A stretch of 55,560 bases of DNA, taken from Octopus bimaculoides. Taxonomy: Eukaryota. Of this stretch, positions 12,383-26,959 are shown one piece after another. Each line of letters starts with the position of its first letter. Within the stretch, counting starts at the first letter, position 1. Made by a program: the position numbers and the translations under genes. The notes beneath the pieces were generated by a model. The model was not told where the DNA came from, ran no database searches, and was given only the letters and a program-made list of their open reading frames with translations. The stretch covers positions 82,965,941-83,021,500 of the forward strand of contig NC_068988.1 of NCBI RefSeq assembly GCF_001194135.2, written 5' to 3'.

Positions 12383-13792
12383 CTGAAATTAAAGAAAATA
12401 CACATAACATTATCTGAATAAAGTAAATAAAACTCTACATCATGTATTGAGTTTTTTCTTCCATTCATTATAACCAATATACTTTATGCCCCTACTGGCT
12501 TTCAGCTAGTTAACCATTACAAATGAGCTGAGGATACACCATCAAATAATGGAGAAGATATGTAATTATTGAATCACTGAAGAACATTGCCATACAAAAC
12601 TTAGCAAGTGAATAGAGTAAAGTGAAAACATGTCTTGAAGAAGAATGAAATGGAAGGTATTTCTCTTCAACAAAAGTATGACCAATGTACCTGTATGTGA
12701 ATACCATTTCAACCCCCACCCCACAAATCCCAGAAAATCAAAAGAAGTGGAAAGTTTGAAAAAGAGTTATTCGAGCTTATCAAAACATTAAGATTCAATG
12801 GCAATGCTAATACTTTTCAAAATATGTTGAGGAGTATTTACTGCCAACTACAAACTCTAACAATACATTATTCATTATTCAGGCATATATATAAAACCAA
12901 GATCTTGTATGAGTTTGACAGAAATACGCAGTAAATTATTATTTGACAATATAACGAATACATATGAAAAACTTAGCGCAAATACATACAACATAAGTAA
13001 TAATGAAGTAAAAGACTTAGTCATGCATTTGAACATAAAAGAACATGAAAAATGCTCCCAGCCCATGTAAACTGTACTTAACATTAAAAGATCATAAAAA
13101 TAGTTTTATTGTAAACATTAAATGTCAGCTGAGCAGTCTGAGCTAGCAAAAGCATATTAGGTTCTCTAAATACAAAAATTAAGTGAACCTAGCACAATAG
13201 AATTGTAGTAGCAATGTTATTAGGCAGATTAATCCTATCTAAGACAACCCAATTGTAGAATTTTATCTGTTTGATAGTGTAGAGTACCACCCATCTTTTT
13301 CTAGGAATTTTTTTCCTGTAAGCTCTAGAATTAAAAAAAAATATATGCCACCATAACAGATACTAACATTATTATGATAATGAATGTAAGAAAATCGTAA
13401 TAATTTTTTAGTAATTCCTTGTTTTTGGTAACACAAAAATAAACTTTCAATGTATTTATGGGCAGCCATCATAGAGCTGATAGAGACAGATCTCATCTCC
13501 TATACACGCTCCATGTACTGATGAACAGAACAGAAGCTACCTATATAGAACTCTATGCTCTGCATTCAAATCCTTCCAGTGTCCATGAAATAAAATATCT
13601 GTTAAATGCTGGGGTGCAACTCTTATTCCGACCAATTGTTGTGTCTTAAACATTCTACCGGGTCAAAAGTGGGAGTGTTGAGAGATTGTTATGTTTGTTA
13701 GCAACTAATATGGCCACTAATAAACATTAAGTAAGTCTATGGCATGGTACATACTGACACCGAATTATATTCATCTGCAAGTGATGGTTATG

Positions 13793-13794
<2 letters not shown>

Positions 13795-13866
<72 letters not shown>
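13795..13866. repeat. (TA)n microsatellite
   Basis: Direct reading. Confidence 0.98.
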
Positions 13867-13871
<5 letters not shown>

Positions 13872-14029
13872 ATTTATAGATCTATACCAACATTTGGTAA
13901 AAATATTGTATCTGTTATCAACGTAGCAAAATTCTCACATGTGAGTTTTTGTATGTATATCAATTTAAATAAGAGCTAAAAGATGATCTATTGTAAAAAC
14001 TTTATTATGACCTATGATCATATATATAT

Positions 14030-14140
14030 ATAGTCTGCGATGGACTGGCGTCTCGTCCAGCTGGAGGCGGGGGACACATACACCATAGAAACCGGGAAAC
14101 CGGGCCCATGAGCCTGGCTAGGCTTTAAAAGGGCACATAA
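14030..14140 (+). mobile_element. 3' fragment of the SINE family at 16713
   Basis: gatggactggcgtctcgtccagctgg...gaaaccgggaaaccgggcccatgagcctggctaggctttaaaaggg, near-identical to 16864-16955. Confidence 0.8.
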
Positions 14141-14299
14141 ATAATAAAAAATAAATATATATAGTAGTAACAGAAAAAGAGGAATTTTGATTATCCCCAT
14201 CTGGTGAGTTGTAATATATATAAGAAATTAAAAAGGGAAAATACACACACTTTATCTACTTTTAATATAATTTTTAAATATATTGACCGGTTTTGCTTT

Positions 14300-16395
14300 C
14301 ACTGTTCATGATATTATGGTTTACTTATTTGAATATGTATTTTCTTAAGAAGAAATTTTTGTCCATGTTGTGTGTAATGATATTTACGAGTGAATGGCTT
14401 CACAAGTAGAAAAATAAGGGGAGGTTATTAGTTATCGTTATTATTGTTGTTGTGGGCAAGGGAGATAACTGTTCAGCTTTCGGTAAGAAGAGGGGAATAT
14501 ATATGTGTACACAAAAAAAAAGGTTTCGAAAAACATGTTTAGTGAGGGGATTTATGTACAGTGATGTAATCATGAACTGAAATATGTTAAAAGATAAAAG
14601 TTGGTTATGCATGCATATTAAGATGTGTTCTGTATTTTTCAATGAAAAAAGTTTCTTTATTTAAACATTCTTGTGGGGAGATTGTGTCTTTGCACTGGTA
14701 GAAGGGGAAGACTGAAATTTGGTTTGATGTTATCTGCACATTTTTCTATATGTTCACTAAAAGGAATTTTCCTGTATTGCGGGAAACAGATTTTCTCTTT
14801 ATGTAGAGTGGTTCTCCTTCTCAAGGTCATACTCGTCTGTCCAATATAGTTGTGTCCGCAACCCGAGCAGGTTATTACATAAATTAGGTTCTCAGAGGCA
14901 CAAGTGAAACTAGTTTTAATTGTGAACCTCTGTCCTTGTTTGAAAAGGAAGTCTGAGCCTTCAAGTAAGTTGGGGCGGATTCCACAGTCTGAGTGTCCAC
15001 ATTTTTTAATTGTTGGTTTCGTGGTTGTTTTATAGAGCTTTGAATTTGTTAGTAGTCTCTTTAGCGATTTGTGTTGCTTTTTGAATTAGATGAGTTTGTG
15101 CGTTTTCAGGATGTCATTCATTTTTGGATCTCTCTAGTTAGTAAAGGAAGATTTTGCACAATAGTGTTGAATGCCTCACTGTTTCTGGGGTTGTGTGTTG
15201 ATATAAATAGTAGTGTTTTGAGATGAGGTGTGGTGTTATGTGCTCTTGTTCTTAGTGTTTTTATGTCTAATGTTTTGGCATGTTTAAGTCCCTTGTCTAT
15301 AAGTGAGGGTGGATATTGTCTTTTAGTAAGCGTTGTTTTGAGGTCTTGAAGACGAAGGTCCCGAGCTGTTCTATCAGACACTATTGTGTAAATCCTTTTT
15401 CGACAAATTGAAAGAGATATTTTTTTTGATGTGTTTCAGGTGGCATGAGCTAAAGTGGAGATATTCTTTAGAATCAGTTGGTTTAAAAAAGATGTCAGTT
15501 ATGATTTGATTGTTGACTTTTTTTATCATGATGTCTAAAAATGGGAGCTGTTCTTTGTTATATTCCATTGTGAATTGAATGTTACTATTCATATCATTTA
15601 GTGTTGATTTGAAGTCCAAAAGTTTGTCGATGTTCTCCTTCCAAATGATAAAACAGTCATCCGGGTATCTTTTCCAATTTTCTCTTATGTAAAGGTAAAA
15701 TGGGTAACCATATTTCTGAAGTGATACTTCATATAAGGTGATTTCAAAATAACCCATTATTAGGTTCACAAGAACAGGGCTGCTTTTGTTCCCATCGCAA
15801 TTCTGCATTTCTGACGATAGTATGTGTCATCAAATAGAAAATAATTGTTCTGAAGTATAAATCTTAAAGATTCAATAACAAAGATCTGATTTATGTGTTC
15901 TGTGAGTACTTCAGAGTACTTTTCCAACCAGAATTTAATTGCTTTTATTCCATAGTCATGTAGGATGTTGGTGTAAAGATTGATAAGGGTAACCAATATT
16001 GCCTCTTCATTAATTGTTTTTGGTAGGTGTTCTAGCATGTCTAAATCGTCTCTAATGAAACTTTTGATGTATTTCAGCAAGGGTTTCAGTAGGATGTCTA
16101 GAAAATTGCTTAGGCGGTGGGTTTCACAGGCTGGGCCAGCTACAATGGGTCTTAAAGTTAAGTCTTCTGGTGTTTGGATATTTATGTATTTGCCTGGTGA
16201 TTTTTTTGCAGGCTTCATTGATTATCTTGCTCTTGTGTATTTTAGGAAGGCCATAAAAAAGACTGGGTTTACATTTGAAGTTTGTGATGTAGTCTGTTTC
16301 TTTTTCTGTCAGGCCTTTTCCATATAGAAGAATTAAGGATGCAAGATTTTTCATTGTTTTTTGTTGTTTATAGTTTATAACTTTTTCGTAGAATA
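14300..16395 (-). mobile_element. Penelope-like element B, 5'-truncated pseudogene (RT plus Cys-flanked GIY-YIG)
   Basis: Frameshifted ORFs: FYGLPKIHK, LRPIVAG, LYTNI, AMGTKAA, WKRYPDDCFIIW, LPFLDIMI, YLHFSSCH. Around 14720-15000 it reads NLIYVITCSGCGHNYIGQTSMTLRRR. Confidence 0.93.
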
Positions 16396-16396
16396 T

Positions 16397-16607
16397 ATTG
16401 CCAGTACCGCCTGACTGGCCTTCGTGTGGGTGGCACGTAAAAGCACCCACTACACTCTCAGAGTGGTTGGCGTTAGGAAGGGCATCCAGCTGTAGAAACT
16501 CTGCCAAATCAGATTGGAGCCTGGTGTAGCCATCTGGTTTCACCAGTCCTCAGTCAAATCGTCCAACCCATGCGAGCATGGAAAGCGGACGTTAAACGAT
16601 GATGATG

Positions 16608-16608
<1 letters not shown>
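16397..16608 (+). mobile_element. RTE-LINE 3' tail repeat ending in (GAT)n
   Basis: ggttggcgttaggaagggcatccagctgtagaaac...aacccatgc.agcatggaaagcggacgttaaacgatgatgat; abuts the truncated 5' end of Penelope B. Confidence 0.85.
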
Positions 16609-16641
<33 letters not shown>

Positions 16642-16658
16642 ATACATGTATATATATG

Positions 16659-16711
<53 letters not shown>

Positions 16712-16712
16712 G

Positions 16713-16960
16713 GAGGCACGTGGCTTAGTGGTTAGAGTGTCACCACCATGATTGTAAGATTGTGATTTCAATTCCTGGACCGGGCTACGCGTTGTGTTCT
16801 TGAGCAAAACACTTCATTTCATGTTGCTCCAGTCCACTCAGCTGGCAAAAATAAGTAACCCTGTGATGGACTGGTGTCCTGTCCAGCTGGGGAACACATA
16901 TGCCATTGAAACCGGGAAACAGGGCCCATGAGCTTGGCTAGGCTTTAAAAGGGTGCATTT
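16713..16960 (+). mobile_element. tRNA-derived SINE, near full length
   Basis: A-box TGGCTTAGTGG, B-box-like gatttcaattcc, central ttgagcaaaacacttcatttc domain; sits in (TG)/(TA) microsatellites. Confidence 0.8.
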
Positions 16961-16968
16961 ATTTTTTT

Positions 16969-17057
<89 letters not shown>

Positions 17058-17299
17058 TGTTTACATCATAAGAATTTTGAAATTTCAAGAGACTGTGAAA
17101 TACTTCATTTTTGATAAATTATTTATATTATTTATCTATTTATTTATATAAAGCTATTGTTTTCAGCTTTAACTTGGATTCAACTACTTAAAACAAATTA
17201 TATGTATATATATGCACATACACATACATACATATATGTACATATAAACATACATATATAATATATACACATATACATGAATACATACACACATATATA

Positions 17300-17830
17300 C
17301 ATATAGATGGTGACTGTCTACTCCTTATGCAGAGTCTGACCACCTCCTGTATGTACACCTTAGAACCATCATGGTATCTGATGTGACTTTTGAAACCAAT
17401 GTTTTGAAAAGACACCCACATACATTGCAAATCTGATTTGGACCACCAAGAGCTGCAGTTAAGTTCTGATCTTTGTGGATCTTAAAGTGTCTTTTGAGAC
17501 CTCTATTAGATTTGCAGACCTTTTGGCATACATTGCATTGAAGGGTGTGCACAGACATATAAGCAAAATAGTTGGTGGAGGTTCGTTTTCTATGGGTTCA
17601 CAAATGAGGTTTGAGCCCAGCAAAAGAAAGGCATCGTCTGTCACAAACTGTACACACAAAAAGGTCATTGTGATTCACCTTCTCGATCATAACATTCTTC
17701 TTTAAATTTCTCTTGAGTCTTGCATGCATTATCCTGGCCTCTTCAAACACTTTCACTCCACTCCACATTTTTGTTTGCCATCCAGCTTGATCCAAAGCAA
17801 GGGTTTCTATGTCCTCTGGATCCATACAGA
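17300..17830 (-). mobile_element. RTE-clade LINE C-terminal fragment with C2H2-like fingers
   Basis: ETLALDQAGWQTKMWSGVKVFEEARI...FVCTVCDRRCLSFAGLKPH and CNVCQKVCKSNRGLKRHFKIH (ORFs 17598..18143 and 17325..17558). Confidence 0.8.
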
Positions 17831-17904
17831 TACATGCATACATACACACACATATATAATACATACACACGCATGTATACATATAATATATACATATTGT
17901 AAGA

Positions 17905-18316
17905 TTGAGAAGACCCGGCAAGCCAAGTAAGATCGTTGCCAGTGCCCCTGGACTGGTTCTTGTGCGGGTGGCACATGAGATGCACCATTTTGAGCGTGGC
18001 CGTTGCCAGTACCGCCTGACTGGCTCCTGTAGGATTTTCGAGCGAGATCGTTGCCAGTGCCCCTGGACTGGCTTGTGCGGGTGGCACATAAAAGACACCA
18101 TTTCGAGCGTGGCCGTTTTCGTGCGGGTGACACGTAAAAGCACCCACTACACTCTCTGAGTGGTTGGCGTTAGGAAGGGCATCCAGCTGTAGAAACTCTG
18201 CCAAATCAGACTGGAGCCTGGTGTTGCCATCCGGTTTCACCAGTCCTCAGTCAAATCGTCCAACCCATGCTAGCATGGAAAGCGGACGTTAAACGATGAT
18301 GATGATGATGATGATA
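17905..18316 (+). mobile_element. RTE-LINE 3' UTR/tail, long variant with internal gccagt-containing subrepeats
   Basis: Starts gagaagacccggcaagccaagtaag, has repeated ttgccagt(g/a)cc units, and ends in (GAT)n. Confidence 0.85.
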
Positions 18317-18689
18317 TTTCCTTTATGGCAAGACATCAACACATCTTCTATTTAGTAGCCTTGGAGGCTTTTAACTTTGTAATATAGCATTTGTTGTTTA
18401 TATTTTAGTATACACATCCAAACACACGCAGTTATGCTATAATGTATTACAAAGTATATTCACCAAGATTATAGCCAATACTGTATGTAATGTTAGATGT
18501 AAACACCTTATCTTTGTACACAAAATCCTTGTGGGAAGAAAAAAAAGGAATCAACTGAACTAATTCCTATCCTTCTTTTAGATTTTATCAGCAACTGAGT
18601 ACTTGTTGTAACTTTCCACAGAGACACTGTATATAAAAGCAAAATTATTGTTCAGAGGAAAATACTACTATGTTGTAACCAAATATGAC

Positions 18690-19140
18690 TTCATCATCAT
18701 TATCATTTAACTTCCATTTTTCCATGCTGGCATTGGTTAGGTGCTTTATCTGGAGCTGTTAAACTGGAGAGCTGTACCAGGCTCCAGTCTGCTTTGGTTT
18801 GATTTCTACAGCTGGATGCCCTTCCTAATGCCATCCAACTCTACAGAGTGTACTGGGTGTCAATTATGTGTCACCAGCACAGGAACCTTTTATGTGTCAC
18901 CAGTATGGGTGCCTTTTATGTGTCTTTTACAAGTCAATAGCACTGACCATAACCATGATTTCACTTATCTTGACATGTCTTCTCAAGCACAGCAAATCGC
19001 CAGAAGTCTCAGTTGTTTGTCTTCGGCTCCATGAGGCTCAACAACTGAAGATCATGTTTCACCACCTCATCGCATATCTTTTTGGGTCTACCTCTTCCAC
19101 AGATTCCCTCCACAATTAGAGATCAGCACATCTTTTCACA
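18690..19140 (-). mobile_element. RTE-LINE 3' end (ORF end plus tail)
   Basis: Minus strand RGRPKKIxDEVVKHDLQLL-like text followed by the same tail and a (CAT)n run on the plus strand. Confidence 0.8.
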
Positions 19141-19704
19141 GATGTCCATAACAGAAATACCATTGTTTTAGTTTAAAGGAGTGAGAGCCACAAAGTATAA
19201 ACTTTATGGTTTTTCTGAGGGTGAAACAGACAAATGGACACATTGGTATGAATCCAAACAATCTGACACAGTCACAAACCTGTTGTTCTTTTAAAGGTGA
19301 TTTGAAGATGATTTCACTGTTATTTATAACATATCAATTGACAAAATACAGACATCTTTGTTGGATTGTCTAACAGTTGAAAAGAATATTACTTGCTTTG
19401 TCTTGAAAGGAAATTAACCCTTTTCAATATTCCTGCTGTAATAAAATGATTCTATAAAACACAACTGATAAAACAGTAGTGTTTACTGCTGTCTATTGAA
19501 AGAATGAATGTCACTTCTGAAGTAATGTGTCAACAACACAAATAACAGCTTTCAGAATGCTTGGAAAACTGCAGAGTAGAATCTCTTCAACTGTATATAA
19601 TCTTCACTCTAAACTATGAAGAAAGTCACAGCTTGGGCTATTAACACAGCGGACTAACATTGTTAAAATATATTTTCTGCTTCATATATAAGCAGGCACA
19701 GCTA

Positions 19705-20045
<341 letters not shown>

Positions 20046-20169
20046 GTCACTCCCCACTCTCTCTGGGATTTAGAAAACAAGTGTTGCAGGTTATTTTCCA
20101 GTGAGACAATAATCCAAGCAGCCTATAATGCAAAGGTGGCTACAGATAATTAGATACAGTATCTCAAAA

Positions 20170-21980
<1,811 letters not shown>

Positions 21981-22264
21981 TGACCTTGTACATGTTGCAT
22001 GGGTGTCTTTTGGGGTGTCCTTTGTCATTTTACTATACTTTTTACAAAATTTGCTGTTGCTATTGTTGTTTAACCCCAGGTAAACCCTGATCAAGCAAAC
22101 CTATGATCAAAAGAGTTCCAACTAGAAATCTTGTGTTATTTATATAGGCATATAGGACTGCATTATGAGGATGTGATTTGAGGGAGATTTGGTTGCTATT
22201 TCTAGCAAGTAGGGTAACTATGTAGATGTTTCCTCACTTTTGTTTCAGAGCTCTGTAACTCGAA

Positions 22265-22295
<31 letters not shown>

Positions 22296-22744
22296 GGGAA
22301 TGTGCATGTATATGTGTATGAGTGTATGTATGCATGTAAGTTCTTGTGTATGACGATGAAAATATGTGTGTTTGTTTTGATATTTGTAATTTGTGAGTAT
22401 GTATGCTTATACACACAAATTACTCTGTGGTTAAGAAACTCACTTCACAAGTCCTAGGTTTGATCCCACAGCATAGCATCTTGAGTAAGTGTTGCTTACC
22501 AAAGCCTCAGCTCAACCCAGGTTATATGATGGAAACTGGGTGAACAGAAACCGGATGGAAGCCTATCAAATGATCTGTACTTGTGATTAAAAAATCCAGC
22601 TGTGTTGCATGTCTGTGGAATACTAAGCCACATCTACATTAGTATAATGAACAAGTTGTTCAGTTGAATGTACTACAAAAATACTCACTGTTGAAACTGA
22701 TGGTCAAAAACATAATCTCTCAAAAAACCATGTAATATATATAT

Positions 22745-23112
22745 CATCATCATCATCGTCTGTTTTCCATGCTGGCATGGGTTGGATGGTTTGACTGGGG
22801 ACAGGCAAGGCAGGAGGCCTCACCAGGCTCCAATCTGATTTGGCAATGTTTCTACAGCTGGATGCCCTTCCTAATGCCAACCAATCCGAGAGTGTAGTGG
22901 GTGCCTTTTACGTGCTACTGGCACGGGAGCCAGGCAGTCGGCATTGGCATCGGCCATGTTCGGATGGTACTTTTTACGTGCCACTGGCATGGGGAGCCAA
23001 TCAGGTGACACTGGCAATGACCCACGCATGAATGGTGCTTATTGCATGCCACCAGCACGAGAGCTAGTCAGGCAGTACTGGCATCGGCCACAACTACAAT
23101 TTCCATTTGATT
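22745..23112 (-). mobile_element. RTE-LINE 3' tail repeat, running into an assembly gap
   Basis: (CAT)n then ttccatgctggcatgggttgg...ctacagctggatgcccttcctaatgccaacc. Confidence 0.8.
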
Positions 23113-23651
23113 NNNNNNNNNNNNNNNNNNNNNNNNNNNNNNNNNNNNNNNNNNNNNNNNNNNNNNNNNNNNNNNNNNNNNNNNNNNNNNNNNNNNNNNN
23201 NNNNNNNNNNNNNNNNNNNNNNNNNNNNNNNNNNNNNNNNNNNNNNNNNNNNNNNNNNNNNNNNNNNNNNNNNNNNNNNNNNNNNNNNNNNNNNNNNNNN
23301 NNNNNNNNNNNNNNNNNNNNNNNNNNNNNNNNNNNNNNNNNNNNNNNNNNNNNNNNNNNNNNNNNNNNNNNNNNNNNNNNNNNNNNNNNNNNNNNNNNNN
23401 NNNNNNNNNNNNNNNNNNNNNNNNNNNNNNNNNNNNNNNNNNNNNNNNNNNNNNNNNNNNNNNNNNNNNNNNNNNNNNNNNNNNNNNNNNNNNNNNNNNN
23501 NNNNNNNNNNNNNNNNNNNNNNNNNNNNNNNNNNNNNNNNNNNNNNNNNNNNNNNNNNNNNNNNNNNNNNNNNNNNNNNNNNNNNNNNNNNNNNNNNNNN
23601 NNNNNNNNNNNNNNNNNNNNNNNNNNNNNNNNNNNNNNNNNNNNNNNNNNN
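23113..23651. other. Assembly gap
   Basis: Run of N. Confidence 1.
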
Positions 23652-24637
23652 ACACACACAACTCTTTTTTTTTTCATTGATCCTCCTATTTTGTAATTAT
23701 GATGATCATATTGGCCATAAATCTAAAATAACATTTTTTCCTAACTGTAAAAATCCCTGTTCACTACTCAAAGCAGGACTGAGATGATGTTTCACTGATG
23801 AGGTACAATAATTCTGAAACATGTCTGTAACTGTCACCTTCCTCATAACAAACAACAGAAATTTCACTCTAAAATGCAAAAATACCATTTTCTGTGAAAT
23901 TAATTCTTAATTCCTTGAAATTATTTCCCTTTTGTTTTTGTGAGTTGTAAAACAACTACCGCTAGCTTTTTATTGTTGTTGTTTTCCTTCAACAACTAAG
24001 AGGCAAATTTCAATTCATGTAGAATTGTTTTCATCCATCATTCAATGCACCATCACTTATCTGAATTATTTGATGTCATATCAATAATACATATAAGTTA
24101 CTTTACTCAGCTGTTTTGATAATTATACAAGCTATACCAAAACAAAAATCTTCCTAAGTGTTTTTATGATTAAAGATATCCTTGTTCACTGATCAAAGCA
24201 AGACTGAGATGGCTATACTTCACTGATAAGATATTAAAAAGGACCAAATGCTTTACATATATTATTCAGTGCATCATTATTTTTATTGTACTAATGTACA
24301 AGGAATCTATTTGCTTTTTCGCAACTGCTGCCATAATTAAGGCTACTTGTTGATATCATTTGCTTGGAAGTGTTTTATGCCATTCTGTTGTTAAGCAATT
24401 TTAGTCATATTTTCTTCTCTAAATTGTAGGAAATCTCTTGCTATTTTCTATTGCAGTACAGAAATCATTCAGTTTATAAGTACAAAAAAATATGTATTCT
24501 GTTCTTACAATCCATTGTGTAATTTATATGCTTTCTATTTCCATTGTACTATCTGTTCATACATAGACAAATCTATAACATATATAAAGATATAATAGAA
24601 ATCATGCATAGGAAGATATCACACAGATACAACAAGA

Positions 24638-24673
<36 letters not shown>

Positions 24674-24689
24674 TCGAATATATACATTC

Positions 24690-25880
24690 ACTGCTCTATG
24701 CTGATGACCTTGCACTAATTGCGGAGTCACTATCAGAACTAGAGGAGAAGTTTCAGGTGTGGAAGCAAGGACTAGAATCGAAGGGCCTTAGAGTCAACCT
24801 AGCTAAAACCAAAATCCTAATAAGTAGGAAGGTAGATAAAACACAAACCCCTTCAGGTAGATGGCCCTGCTCAGTATGTAGAAAAAGAGTAGGTAGTAAC
24901 TCTATAAGATGTACCCGGCGCAAGCTATGGACACATAAGAGGTGCAGCAATATCAAAGGCAGGTTAACTAGGAAGTTAGTTTTTGTATGTGGCAGATGTT
25001 CAGGTGCAATAAACACTGTAAACAAACAGGAAACAACTTCTATCTCATTCCAGGNNNNNNNNNNNNNNNNNNNNNNNNNNNNNNNNNNNNNNNNNNNNNN
25101 NNNNNNNNNNNNNNNNNNNNNNNNNNNNNNNNNNNNNNNNNNNNNNNNNNNNNNNNNNNNNNNNNNNNNNNNNNNNNNNNNNNNNNNNNNNNNNNNNNNN
25201 NNNNNNNNNNNNNNNNNNNNNNNNNNNNNNNNNNNNNNNNNNNNNNNNNNNNNNNNNNNNNNNNNNNNNNNNNNNNNNNNNNNNNNNNNNNNNNNNNNNN
25301 NNNNNNNNNNNNNNNNNNNNNNNNNNNNNNNNNNNNNNNNNNNNNNNNNNNNNNNNNNNNNNNNNNNNNNNNNNNNNNNNNNNNNNNNNNNNNNNNNNNN
25401 NNNNNNNNNNNNNNNNNNNNNNNNNNNNNNNNNNNNNNNNNNNNNNNNNNNNNNNNNNNNNNNNNNNNNNNNNNNNNNNNNNNNNNNNNNNNNNNNNNNN
25501 NNNNNNNNNNNNNNNNNNNNNNNNNNNNNNNNNNNNNNNNNNNNNNNNNNNNNNNNNNNNNNNNNNNNNNNNNNNNNNNNNNNNNNNNNNNNNNNNNNNN
25601 NNNNNNNNNGAGGCAAGACCTTCGAACATTGGGCCTCACCGAGGTGATGACTACTGACCGAGACCTTTGGAAATGTGCTGTGCGTGAGAAGACCCGGCAA
25701 GTCAAGTGAGATCGTTGCCAGTGCTCCTGGACTGGCTCTTGTGCGGGTGGCACATGAGATGCACCATTCTAAGCGTGGACATTGCCAGTACCGCCTGACT
25801 GGCCTTCATAGGATTTTCAAGCGAGATCGTTGCCAGTGCCCCTGGACAGGCTCTTGTGCGGGTGGCACATAAAAGACACG
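24690..25880 (+). mobile_element. RTE-clade LINE RT fragment and 3' end, spanning a gap
   Basis: LLYADDLALIAES...GLRVNLAKTK...WPCSVCRKRVGSNSIRCT..WTHKRCS; after the gap DLRTLGLTEVMTTDRDLWKCAVREKTRQVK* and UTR subrepeats. Confidence 0.88.
25055..25609. other. Assembly gap
   Basis: Run of N. Confidence 1.
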
Positions 25881-26346
25881 AATATTATTGCCTTTATAAT
25901 GTAATCTAATATAGATAAGCATATTGGCAATAATTCCTCTCTTCAGAGATGTATAGAGTTATATATGTGTGAAAAACGAATGGCATATATAATAAGATGA
26001 TATTAATTAAAATATTAAAAAATATTAAGAATATTAAAAATATTAAAATATAAACTGTCCTTTGATGATTTGTGAATGTAATCCCTCCTATAATTTGGAA
26101 ATTTCATATTTTTCATTTGTAGAAATTTTAAATGATATATAGTTTTTTTAAAGTTGATATATTTTTCATAATATTTGAGAATTCCAGTATATAATTATAG
26201 TAAAGTTCATCTTGTTGTTGGATATATTGGTAATCCTATGAATCACATGTAAATAAATTTATTCAAAAACAATTGCAAGTTTTTCAAATTTAGGTGCATT
26301 TTCAACAACAAATTTTCCTGTATATATATATGTATATATATATGTA

Positions 26347-26382
<36 letters not shown>

Positions 26383-26451
26383 TGCACACGCACATATATA
26401 TATTTATGAAGCTATAATAGAAAAAATAAGATGGTAATTTGAATTACGTAC

Positions 26452-26537
26452 CTGTAGTCAACAGCTTCTGGTGAATTAGCCATGCGAAGTTTAACTATCA
26501 ATATCCAGATAATACTGATAAAGAAAATCACGTTTGC
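26452..26537 (-). CDS. GPCR exon, TM5-ICL3 (86 nt, phase 0 to 2)
   Basis: ctttattacag|GCA AAC GTG ATT ... GAC TAC AG|gtacg; encodes ANVIFFISIIWILIVKLRMANSPEAVDY(R). Confidence 0.95.
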
Positions 26538-26754
26538 CTGTAATAAAGCATTAAAAGTTAGAGTACTATCATCAATAAACAACAACAAACTTTTATGTAA
26601 AGAAAGAAATCACTGATTCTTTGATAAAGACATAAAACCTGAAATTTTCTTGAATTTTTTATTTTCATTCTTTTTAAGTGGATGATGTTCACATTTATCA
26701 ATGTAGGGGTTTGTCAACTTATCTTCCTCCTCCTCATTATCATTATAATTAAGA

Positions 26755-26930
26755 CGGTGAACTAGCAGAATCGTTGCCACACCAGGTAAAATGCATAGCA
26801 GTATTTTATATGTCTTTACATTCTGAGTTCAAATTCTGCTAATGTTGACTTTACCTTTCATTCTTTTGGGGTCAATAAAATAAGTACCTGTTGAGCACTG
26901 GGGTTGATGTAATTGACTTATGCCTCCCTG
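26755..26930 (+). mobile_element. tRNA SINE, same family as 39641 (other decayed copies near 28400-28620, 33200-33370, 34400-34830, 36370-36560)
   Basis: ttctgagttcaaattctgc...tgactttacctttcattcttttggggtcaataaaataagtacc. Confidence 0.75.
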
Positions 26931-26959
26931 AAATTACTTATACCAAAATTTGAAACCAA

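Noticed and set aside
13755-13785. Minus-strand MNIIR as the TM5-ICL3 exon
   Set aside because: No following KLR motif or suitable donor; the true exon is 26452-26537
17905-18150. CRISPR-like repeat/spacer array
   Set aside because: Eukaryotic context, irregular units, no cas genes, and it is part of a dispersed RTE tail
23785-23825. CTGATGA...GAAAC as a second hammerhead
   Set aside because: No stem I and no credible stem II
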